From an uncultured Thermococci archaeon (GTDB lineage: Archaea; CAYQAE01; CAYVLA01), in contig CAZJVP010000062.1 in the NCBI GenBank assembly GCA_964549615.1, positions 1-10,632 of the forward strand: 10,632 nt of DNA. The letters run 5' to 3'. Below are positions 1 to 7,026 of this stretch, piece by piece. Positions within the stretch are counted from its first letter, which is position 1; every line of letters begins with the position of its first letter. Both the position numbers and the translations under genes were made by a program. The notes under the pieces were generated by a model. That model was not told the DNA's origin. It saw nothing but the letters and a program-made list of their open reading frames with translations, and searched no databases.

Positions 1-225
1 GCCCGCAACCTGTGCAAAGGTTCCCTCAGCTATGTTGGCCGGTATGGGCACGTAGAATATGCGAGGATCGCCCTTTACCAAGAGTGGGTAGGAGGTCTCG
101 GGATAGTACGACTCGCCAATGCAGAACGCCCTAATGCGCAGCGATTCAGGATCGTACTTCCCCAGTCCAGGTGGCAGGACCAGGACGGCTGCCAAAAGCA
201 CAACGAAGGAAATCCAACGCCCCAT
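1..225 (-). CDS. Secreted or membrane-anchored hypothetical protein, N-terminal 75 aa only (runs off the left edge); possibly a class I glutamine-amidotransferase-like (DUF1355-type) extracellular protein
   Basis: Manual translation from ATG at 225: MGRWISFVVLLAAVLVLPPGLGKYDPESLRIRAFCIGESYYPETSYPLLVKGDPRIFYVPIPANIAEGTFAQVAG, with no stop to position 1. Basic residue plus hydrophobic stretch resembles a signal peptide. A TATA box lies ~29 nt upstream. The family guess is weak and rests only on the 'DPxxxRIRxxxIG' start of the mature region. Confidence 0.75.
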   Translation of the reverse strand, partial: MGRWISFVVLLAAVLVLPPGLGKYDPESLRIRAFCIGESYYPETSYPLLVKGDPRIFYVPIPANIAEGTFAQVAG

Positions 226-253
226 CGCGACCCGTACTCTCCTGTCTTCCCCG

Positions 254-261
254 TTATTAAA
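254..261 (-). promoter_or_regulatory. Archaeal TATA box (TTTAATAA on the minus strand) for the divergent gene, implying a near-leaderless transcript
   Basis: Plus strand reads TTATTAAA at 254-261, an AT island in GC-rich DNA, ~29 nt from the ATG at 225. This is typical archaeal TATA-to-start spacing. Confidence 0.6.
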
Positions 262-539
262 CTGTGTTGCTCGGCTCCGGCTTGGGTGCGATAACCATTC
301 CCCTGCTGTTGGATCTGCCGGCGTATTACTGCATGCCTCTTCACACCTGCACGGATTTGGTTGGCCAGCATGCACGGATCCGGCATGTCCTCCCATTTCG
401 AGGGTGTCCCTGAGCTTCCCCTTACGACGAGAGCCCTCAAGGCCCGCTCTGAGCGATTGTTGGCCCATTGCATGGGTTGTGCCCAAGGTCCATCGGCTCC
501 CCTTCCCCTACCCCACAACGGGTTAGATGCCATATGCAA

Positions 540-548
540 TTTTTAAGG
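540..548 (+). promoter_or_regulatory. Archaeal TATA box (TTTTTAAGG) for the MoxR operon; predicted TSS near 568-572
   Basis: AATTTTTAAG is the clearest TATA-like AT-rich element upstream of the operon. It lies downstream of the ORF-track ATG at 527, which argues against that start. Confidence 0.55.
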
Positions 549-568
549 AAACCGGCGCGGCACAGGGA

Positions 569-745
569 TGTCGAGACGAAAATCATCAAAGGCGTCTTGG
601 CAAAGGAGAACGCCCGGAATGCGCGGCGAGCGAGTTCTCGGAGGAACATGGGGCGAATCCCCAGCAGGACCGGGCTGCGCCGACTCCCGGCAGGCGGCCC
701 TCGGATGATCACCTTTTCCGTGCGGTGGCGTATGGAGGAAGGCCT
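569..745 (+). promoter_or_regulatory. Putative structured 5' leader RNA with five hairpins, the last occluding the SD of the first operon gene
   Basis: Hand-paired stems: 569-578/593-602 (10 bp, 2 G-U); 606-611/634-639; 649-653/659-663; 672-682/688-700; 712-724/729-742 (13 bp, one bulge, covering GGAGG 734-738). No folding energies computed. Confidence 0.4.
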
Positions 746-1492
746 TTGGCGGATGCAACAAGGACGGTTGGATTCCTCTTTCTAGCAACCGGCGTCGGGC
801 TCCTGGTGGGCGAGGTCTTCCTCAAGATTGATGTGCTTCTCGTACTTGGCGTCGGGTCGATCTTTCTTGGCATCTATTCGATTGCGATGTCCACCGAGCT
901 CTACGTCAAGAGCGACGTTATACTTGCCGCCTGCGCCGCCGGCCTGGAGAACCTCGACAGGGTCTTGGGGGAACTAGGCATCACAGGCAAGGCGGTCTAT
1001 CTTCCCAAGGCCTACGCAGGGGAGCCCCGCGTCTTCGTGCCCGCAGGAACAGGCCCCACGGCCGTGCCCGACTTAAGAGGAGATCCCACATTCCTGACCG
1101 GTGCATCAAGCCAGCTCGGCCTGGTCATCTCGCCTCCCGGCCACAGGCTGTGCAGCCTCCTGGAGGAGGAACTGGGCATGTCCTTGGATGGGTTGGAGCC
1201 TGCCGCCGTCGCCAACACGATTCCGCCCCTCATCACGCAGGGGCTGGGCCTGGCGCGCTCGATGGAGATCGATGAGGAAAGCCTGTCCTTCCGTGCCCGG
1301 TCCCCGGCTTGCTCGGATCTGTGCGCCTCCGGGCTCAGGGCCTGCCAGCAGGTCGGCTGCATGATATGCTCCTCCATATGCGAGGCGCTGTCCAGGTCAT
1401 TGGATGCGGCGCTTCGCCTCGAGTCCCTCGATTACGACAAGGCATCCGACACGGTCACCGTGAGGCTTGCGAGGTTGGAGGAATCCGCGTGA
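746..1492 (+). CDS. Conserved archaeal-type membrane protein: two N-terminal TM helices and a cytoplasmic domain ending in a six-Cys cluster (possibly V4R-like fold)
   Basis: The ORF track gives 527-1492, but the first ~73 aa look non-protein-like. In-frame TTG at 746 has GGAGG 7 nt upstream, giving 248 aa. Hydrophobic hairpin (VGFLFLATGVGLLVG / VLLVLGVGSIFLGIYSIAM), motifs KAVYLP, RVFVP and GLVISPPG, then CxxxCx6Cx4CxxCxxxC. Its stop overlaps the next start (GTGA). Confidence 0.75.
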   Translation: MADATRTVGFLFLATGVGLLVGEVFLKIDVLLVLGVGSIFLGIYSIAMSTELYVKSDVILAACAAGLENLDRVLGELGITGKAVYLPKAYAGEPRVFVPAGTGPTAVPDLRGDPTFLTGASSQLGLVISPPGHRLCSLLEEELGMSLDGLEPAAVANTIPPLITQGLGLARSMEIDEESLSFRARSPACSDLCASGLRACQQVGCMICSSICEALSRSLDAALRLESLDYDKASDTVTVRLARLEESA

Positions 1493-1749
1493 GCAGACTG
1501 GTGGACTGGGTGGTGCTGGGCATGACGGGTTGGGTGACCTTCTCGTGGCTCATAGTCCTCCTGGCCGAGAGAAACCGTCTCTACGTCCTGGCAACCCTGC
1601 TCACGATAGGCCTTCTGATAACTGCGGAGCTCATCTCGGGCTACGGGACCAAGACCCTGAGGGAGAAGGTGTCCACATTTGCGTATGCGGGTTTTCTCAT
1701 CTTCATGGTCGTGGTGATAGTGAGAGTCGCCGAGATTCTGCGAGGATAA
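1489..1749 (+). CDS. Small three-TM membrane protein (86 aa), hypothetical
   Basis: GTG at 1489 overlaps the upstream TGA, with GGAGG at 1477-1481. MSRLVDWVVLGMTGWVTFSWLIVLL...YVLATLLTIGLLITAELI...FAYAGFLIFMVVVIVRVAEILRG has three hydrophobic segments. The ORF-track start at 1309 lies inside the upstream gene. Confidence 0.8.
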   Translation: MSRLVDWVVLGMTGWVTFSWLIVLLAERNRLYVLATLLTIGLLITAELISGYGTKTLREKVSTFAYAGFLIFMVVVIVRVAEILRG

Positions 1750-1791
1750 AGTGAATAGACAGGATAGAGAGCAAGGAGGGTGTCATCAGCT

Positions 1792-2778
1792 ATGGAAAAG
1801 ACCTTTGCGGGCGAGGGGCGCGGGATAACCGATGCCCTCGCGCAGGAGGCCCTCTCGCTTTCGAGGATGCTCAAGGCGGAGCTGGGCAGGGCCTTGGTCG
1901 GGATGGATGATCTTTGCGATCTCCTCCTGGCCACCCTTTTGGCGGAGGGGCATTCGTTGCTGGAGGGCGTCCCGGGCGTGGCGAAGACGACCCTTGTCAA
2001 GAGGTTCGCCGCGAGCATGGGACTCGGGTTCTCACGTATACAGTTCACCCCGGATCTCATACCGGCAGACATCCTCGGCAACTACGTCTACTCCCCGGCC
2101 ACCGGGTCGTTTGCGCTTCGAAAGGGGCCCATCTTCTCCAACATCATCCTGGCCGACGAGATCAACCGGAGCCCGCCCAAGACGCAGTCTGCCCTGCTTG
2201 AGTGTATGCAGGAGCGCCAGGCGACGATAGAGGGAACCACCCTGCCCATGAGCCTTCCCTTCATGGTCCTGGCAACCCAGAACCCCGTAGAGCTCGAGGG
2301 CACCTACCCCCTGCCGGAGGCCCAGATCGATAGGTTTCTCTTCAAACTGCAGGTGGGCTATCCCGGGGAGGAGGCGGAGCTCAAGATGTTGCAGATGAAG
2401 AATGCCGCGGCGGACCCGACGCCGCCAAGGCTCATCACAACTCCCTCCACCATATCGCGCCTGACCGAGGCAGCCAAACGTGTCCACGTTGAGGACTCCG
2501 TCCTCAGATACATAAGGGACGTGGTGCTTGCCACCCGCAGGAATCCGCACGTCTCGCTGGGGGCAAGCCCGAGGGCCTCGGAGCACTTCCTGAGGGCGAT
2601 AAAGGCAAGGGCGCTTGTGGCTGGCCGTAGTTACGCGACGCCCGACGACGTGAAGGCCCTCGCCAGGCCGGTGCTCCTCCACCGAATAATGCTCACGGTG
2701 GACGCCGAGCTGGACGAGATAACGCCCGGCGCAGTGATCGAGGAGGTCCTGGCCTCCGTTCCGGTGCCCCGGGGGTAG
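1792..2778 (+). CDS. moxR: MoxR-family AAA+ ATPase (MoxR proper subfamily)
   Basis: Walker A LLEGVPGVAKT, RIQFTPDLIPADILG, Walker B IILADEINRSPPKTQSALLECMQE, ATQNPVELEGTYPLPEAQIDRF, GASPRA and a C-terminal VPVP. GGAGGGTG at 1775-1782 favours ATG 1792 over GTG 1780. Confidence 0.96.
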   Translation: MEKTFAGEGRGITDALAQEALSLSRMLKAELGRALVGMDDLCDLLLATLLAEGHSLLEGVPGVAKTTLVKRFAASMGLGFSRIQFTPDLIPADILGNYVYSPATGSFALRKGPIFSNIILADEINRSPPKTQSALLECMQERQATIEGTTLPMSLPFMVLATQNPVELEGTYPLPEAQIDRFLFKLQVGYPGEEAELKMLQMKNAAADPTPPRLITTPSTISRLTEAAKRVHVEDSVLRYIRDVVLATRRNPHVSLGASPRASEHFLRAIKARALVAGRSYATPDDVKALARPVLLHRIMLTVDAELDEITPGAVIEEVLASVPVPRG

Positions 2779-2826
2779 AGGTCGGATTCACGGGAGGTAA
2801 GCCGGGCAGCTCGGGAGGCGCATCGC

Positions 2827-4284
2827 GTGGACAGGGGGGCCGGGCAGAGCGTCGCGACCGCCGCGCAGGAGATCTCCTTCACCAACTACGGCAAGGTTCT
2901 GACGGTCGTTGTGGTGGCGCTCTACGCGCAGGCCTATGCGCTCAACAACGTGGCCCCAGCCCTCATCGCCTCAATGGTCCTTGCCTACCTAGCCTTTGCG
3001 AGGATGAGCTTCGACGAACAGTGCCGCGCGACAAGGCTCAAGATCACAAGGCACGTAAAGGACAGAGCGTTCCAGGGCCGGCCTTTCAGCGCGTCCGTTG
3101 AGATCCACAACGGCTCTTCCCACGCCGCATGGGTGGAGGTCCAGGACAGGCTCCCAGAAGAAGCAAGGCTTGCCTACGGCAGATCGGAAGCTCGATATGT
3201 GATAGAGCCGGGGGAAAGCCGGGAGCTTTCCTGTATGCTTTCCGCGGTCATGAGGGGCCCCCTGCTTCTTGACCGCCTCGGGATGAAGGTGTTCGACGAG
3301 AGGGGATTGATGGCGCTCACGGTCGAGCAGAGCGTTCCGTCCACAGTCAAGGTTGAGCCTTCCGTTGAGGAGTTCAAGGGCGGACGGATTCTGCAGAGGA
3401 AAGGCTATAGGCTTCGAGTCCAAACACCAACGCTCGCAAGGGTGGGGCGGGGTTACGAGTTCGCGGGGCTGCGCCAGCACATACCCGAGGACCCTTTCAC
3501 CTCCATCGAGTGGAAGGCGTCCTCAAGGCTTGCCCGGCTCATGACAAAGCTTCTGTACGAGGAAATCCGCGCCAGCGTCTACATCTTCCTGGACTGTGCA
3601 AGATCCATGAGGCTCACCAGGGACGCCGGTTGGGCGTCCAAGCTCGATCAATCGGTCCAGTTGGCAGTCCAGATCGCAACCCAGCTGAGCCAGGCCGGGT
3701 ACCCGGTGGGCCTCGGAGCCTACGACGAGCACAGGGTCCTTGCCTTCAAGTCCGCCGCCCACGGGCGGGTCGGGCCAACCGAGCTCCTAGAGGTAATCTC
3801 GCACATCCCGAAGAGCAAGGTCGCAAGAACCGGGCGGCTCGGAGCCGTGATCTCGGATCTTCAGGGCGAAAACGCGGATGCCTTCATCTCAAAGATCCTT
3901 CCGTTCTTCGGGCGGCGGAGGGTCGCATCCTGGGAGAAGGCCGCGGGAATCTACTGGGCGGTGGAGAGGCTTGTGCTTGACAGGCCTAAGTCCTGCACGG
4001 TCCTCGTCTTCTCCGACCTTGAGACCAATCCCAAGTCCTTCATGCTCTCCTCAGGAATCATTCTGCGCAAGGGGCACCGGCTAGTTGTCATTACGCCCTT
4101 CAGTCCAGCCTTCGAGCTCAGAAAGGAGGAGCTGTCGGTCGAGGTCCTTGAGAGGATGTACCTATCCTACCAAGCGAAGCTAGGCCTCATCAGGAGGCTG
4201 GAGAGGATGGGCGCTACGGTGGTCGAGGTCGGCAGGGGAAGGGAAGCGCCCATCCAGATCTCCCGCCGGCTGTCGAGGATGTGA
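2827..4284 (+). CDS. DUF58 domain protein (vWA-like MoxR partner) with an N-terminal TM hairpin and an Ig-like segment
   Basis: GRGYEFAGLR...IEWKASSR...LMTK (DUF58 core), YIFLDCARSM (MIDAS-like), KLDQSVQLA, PVGL, VFSDL. Two N-terminal hydrophobic segments and VEVQDRLP. GGAGG 8 nt before GTG. Directly follows moxR. Confidence 0.9.
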   Translation: MDRGAGQSVATAAQEISFTNYGKVLTVVVVALYAQAYALNNVAPALIASMVLAYLAFARMSFDEQCRATRLKITRHVKDRAFQGRPFSASVEIHNGSSHAAWVEVQDRLPEEARLAYGRSEARYVIEPGESRELSCMLSAVMRGPLLLDRLGMKVFDERGLMALTVEQSVPSTVKVEPSVEEFKGGRILQRKGYRLRVQTPTLARVGRGYEFAGLRQHIPEDPFTSIEWKASSRLARLMTKLLYEEIRASVYIFLDCARSMRLTRDAGWASKLDQSVQLAVQIATQLSQAGYPVGLGAYDEHRVLAFKSAAHGRVGPTELLEVISHIPKSKVARTGRLGAVISDLQGENADAFISKILPFFGRRRVASWEKAAGIYWAVERLVLDRPKSCTVLVFSDLETNPKSFMLSSGIILRKGHRLVVITPFSPAFELRKEELSVEVLERMYLSYQAKLGLIRRLERMGATVVEVGRGREAPIQISRRLSRM

Positions 4285-4288
4285 GACC

Positions 4289-4930
4289 ATGGACGGCCGT
4301 ACGACGAACAAGACGGGAAGATCGTGGCTGTCCAAAGAGCTGCCGTCAAGGCCGGGACTTGATCCCACGAAGGCGGTGGGGATCGCCTGCGCGTGCTACA
4401 TCACCGTCTTCGTCCTGCTCGTCCAAGCCCATGGACCGGCAATTCAGCTTCGACCCCTCAGGCCCGCCCAGGCCGTGCCGCTGGCCTGCGCGACAGTCGC
4501 GATCGTGGCGAGCCTCCTCCTATCGTGGAGGATGCCCTGCCTTCTATCGTGGGCGTTCATGGGCATGGTTGCATCCGGCTTCTTGGAAGTGTCCAACTTC
4601 ACACTGGCCCAGTCCAGCCAGGTTTCGCTTGGCGTCTTTGGCCTGGGACTGCCCTTCCTGGTGCTCTTGGAGGTGATCCTGACCATGGAGGGTGCGACGG
4701 CGAGGGCGAGGGTGGTCTTTCGGCCGCGGCCCCTGGTGAAGGCACTTCTCCTAGTCACAATTGTGATGCTATCGCTAATGGCTGCCTTCTCTTACGTGCC
4801 CGGTCTTCAACAGTACTCGGCAAGCCCTGAGGCAGCAACCTTCCAGACGGCCATGATTGCCGGAATTTCGACCATGGCCCTCGCCTCCATACTGCTTCGG
4901 CGCCCGCGCGGGTTGATGGGCGGGAGTTGA
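4289..4930 (+). CDS. Hypothetical integral membrane protein, about six TM segments (213 aa)
   Basis: Fills the gap between DUF58 and the next gene: it starts 4 nt after the DUF58 stop and ends in a TGATG overlap. Six hydrophobic stretches. Confidence 0.75.
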   Translation: MDGRTTNKTGRSWLSKELPSRPGLDPTKAVGIACACYITVFVLLVQAHGPAIQLRPLRPAQAVPLACATVAIVASLLLSWRMPCLLSWAFMGMVASGFLEVSNFTLAQSSQVSLGVFGLGLPFLVLLEVILTMEGATARARVVFRPRPLVKALLLVTIVMLSLMAAFSYVPGLQQYSASPEAATFQTAMIAGISTMALASILLRRPRGLMGGS

Positions 4931-7026
4931 TGGCCACTTTGAGGCGTAATGGCCGGCTTGGCGTGGCACGGATGTGGATGGCGGCGCGCAGGCGGAGAGG
5001 AGCGACGCTCTGCGGGCTGTCTCTCCTTGCCCTGGCCGTAGGGTATGCAGCGGTGGTGCAACACCATGCCAACTACGACTTAACCGAGACGGACCCGACC
5101 GCGGTCGACAGGCTGTACCAGGCCCTCGTTGATGACGTTGGCGACTCGCTTGATTTCGCACTTAAGGAGAGGTTCTCAGAGGCGCTGGCCGCTTTGGGCA
5201 GATATCAGCAGTACGTAGCCCAGCTCTCCGAGTTCCGCTCTGACCTCGGCTCACGCGGTCTGGATGCCCTCATCTTGGAGTCCAAGTATTCGACCGAACC
5301 TTTCGTACCGCTGGGCCGCAACACCCATGCCGTTGTCGACGATCAGAGCGCGCTCGCCGCAAGCATCCTCCTTGCGCGCGAGGCAGCCGAGAGCAACAGA
5401 ACCGACGATATGCGAGCCGCCATCCTGGCAGCAAGGATCGAACTTGAAAGGTTCGCCTCAAGCATACGGCGCTTCAACTCATCCGTTCATTCGATTCCCG
5501 GGTTCCTCAACGGGGCGCAGCTCTCCCAGTGCGTAGGCCTGCTGTGGGAACTCGCGGCACGCTACGCCGCCGAGATAGCAGGGATCGAGAGAGGGGACGC
5601 AGTTTCCAAAGGGACCATCGAGACCAGGATTGAAGTTATGGCCGCCCCCCTGATCGTGAAAACGGGGGAAGAGGTAAAGTTCTGGGGAACCCTCGCAACG
5701 GCCGACGGCGTCGGACTTGGAAACGAGACGATTCGCATCAACTTCCTCGCCACTCCCAGAACGGTCAGAACGACGGCGAACGGTTCTTTCGCCACGAAAT
5801 GGTTGATAGGGGAAAACACTGCACCCGACGCCTACCCGGCACAGGCTGTCTTCGAGCCCAGCCCGCCGTCCAATCTGTCGGGCTGCCGGTCCGAGGTCCT
5901 CAACGTGACGGTTCGGAGCCCGAAGATGAGGAGCCACCTTGACGTTAGGACGTCTTCTCCGAGGTGCCGGCTGGGCGACGAGCTCCAGCTCTGGGGCAGA
6001 CTCTACACGGATTGGGGCGTGGGACTGAACAGGCGGGAGATCGCGATCGAATCCCCCAACCTCACAGGCAATTTCACCGCAATAACCGACGAGGACGGCG
6101 CATACCGCGCAACGATCAAACCTGTGGCGCCGGGATTGCTTGTCCTGCGCTCAACCTTCGCGGGCGACGAGCAATACCTCGGCTCCAACTCCCCAACCCT
6201 GGAAGTCCACGTCACCCCCTACCTACTTGCCACCGCGGTTGACCTGATCACGCCCGGCAGGGTCGTGGCTGGGAAGATCATGAGGATCTCCGGCCGGGTC
6301 AGGGACCAGAACGGGGATGGGCTTGGGCTGGTCTGGGTTTCGCTGGAGTGGGACGGCGTGCCACTACGGTCGATCACGACCAACCCGGACGGGTCCTTTG
6401 TCCTGCAACCTCCAACACCTCGCGGCGCACGCGGGAACCATACGCTGGAGGCCGTCTTCGAATCCCATGACCCAAGGTACCTGTCGAGCCGGAGCGGGAA
6501 GCGCGAGGTCGAGCTCTCCACCACCATGCCCCGCGTTACGGCATTCGCGATCCTAGCATCAGTCATAGGGCTCGTTTTCGCCTTGGCCATCGCGAGGACG
6601 AGAAGGCTGCGGAAAGTCCCGACCCGCCGCATGCCCGTGTCGCTCCCGGGCCCGCCCGGCCCGGAGCCCATGCCGCCCGGCCCGCGGATGGCCGAGACGG
6701 CTCCCTCCGAGGCTGCAGGGGAAGCCAAGCCACCCTTGTTCGTCGGACGCGGCAGGGATGCGCTCCTTCTCGCCTACGCCCAGCTCGTCCGGTCAATCTC
6801 ACATGTGCTGTCCCTCGACTTGGCAAACATGACCCATACCGAGATCCTTTCCCTGCTTGTCGAAAGGAGGGTTCCCGACGCGATCCGGGCAGCGGCCTCA
6901 AGGCTGACCAGGATCTACGAGAAGGCCGCATACTCGGGGCTTGATCTTGCTCAGCCGGAGGAGAACGAGTTCCGACGTCACTTGGAAGTTCTGGTTGCAT
7001 CGCTGAAGACGATTGGGGGTGGCTAG
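4930..7026 (+). CDS. Cell-surface protein: N-terminal TM/signal, helical region, three Ig-like/carboxypeptidase-regulatory-like repeats, TM, Pro-rich linker, C-terminal DUF4129 domain
   Basis: ATG 4930 overlaps the upstream TGA; ATG 4972 and 4978 are alternative starts. DUF4129 motifs AY...NMTHTEI...LTRIYEKAAYS. TM VTAFAILASVIGLVFALAIA followed by an Arg-rich segment. Repeats share GxLxxxxGxGL...TxxxGxF. Confidence 0.85.
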   Translation: MATLRRNGRLGVARMWMAARRRRGATLCGLSLLALAVGYAAVVQHHANYDLTETDPTAVDRLYQALVDDVGDSLDFALKERFSEALAALGRYQQYVAQLSEFRSDLGSRGLDALILESKYSTEPFVPLGRNTHAVVDDQSALAASILLAREAAESNRTDDMRAAILAARIELERFASSIRRFNSSVHSIPGFLNGAQLSQCVGLLWELAARYAAEIAGIERGDAVSKGTIETRIEVMAAPLIVKTGEEVKFWGTLATADGVGLGNETIRINFLATPRTVRTTANGSFATKWLIGENTAPDAYPAQAVFEPSPPSNLSGCRSEVLNVTVRSPKMRSHLDVRTSSPRCRLGDELQLWGRLYTDWGVGLNRREIAIESPNLTGNFTAITDEDGAYRATIKPVAPGLLVLRSTFAGDEQYLGSNSPTLEVHVTPYLLATAVDLITPGRVVAGKIMRISGRVRDQNGDGLGLVWVSLEWDGVPLRSITTNPDGSFVLQPPTPRGARGNHTLEAVFESHDPRYLSSRSGKREVELSTTMPRVTAFAILASVIGLVFALAIARTRRLRKVPTRRMPVSLPGPPGPEPMPPGPRMAETAPSEAAGEAKPPLFVGRGRDALLLAYAQLVRSISHVLSLDLANMTHTEILSLLVERRVPDAIRAAASRLTRIYEKAAYSGLDLAQPEENEFRRHLEVLVASLKTIGGG
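5617..6516 (+). repeat. Three tandem ~97-aa beta-sandwich repeats at protein level (approx. 5617-5913, 5926-6213, 6226-6516)
   Basis: WGTLATADGVGLG..TTANGSF..AVF; WGRLYTDWGVGLN..TDEDGAY..STF; SGRVRDQNGDGLG..TNPDGSF..AVF. Diverged at DNA level. Confidence 0.75.

Noticed and set aside
75-546. ORF-track ORFs 75-539(-), 119-526(+) and 361-546(+)
   Set aside because: No recognisable motifs. The first two overlap the better-supported 225->1 gene and its promoter, and the third lies in the spacer and runs into the operon TATA box.
582-709. Resemblance of the leader to SAM-I (AUC...GAU P1, GGGGCGAAUCC) or cobalamin (GGAA...GCGAAUCC) riboswitches
   Set aside because: It lacks the SAM-I GCAACC core and kink-turn, and lacks the cobalamin ACUGU and B12 box. 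Not assigned to a known class without an Rfam search.
527-745. N-terminal extension of the first operon gene from ATG 527, as in the ORF track
   Set aside because: It starts upstream of the likely TATA box, has no SD, and encodes a non-protein-like sequence. TTG 746 has a well-spaced GGAGG.
6645-6690. GC-rich near-tandem repeat (CCGCCCGGCCCG twice)
   Set aside because: Explained by the Pro/Gly linker PGPPGPEPMPPGP of the DUF4129 protein.
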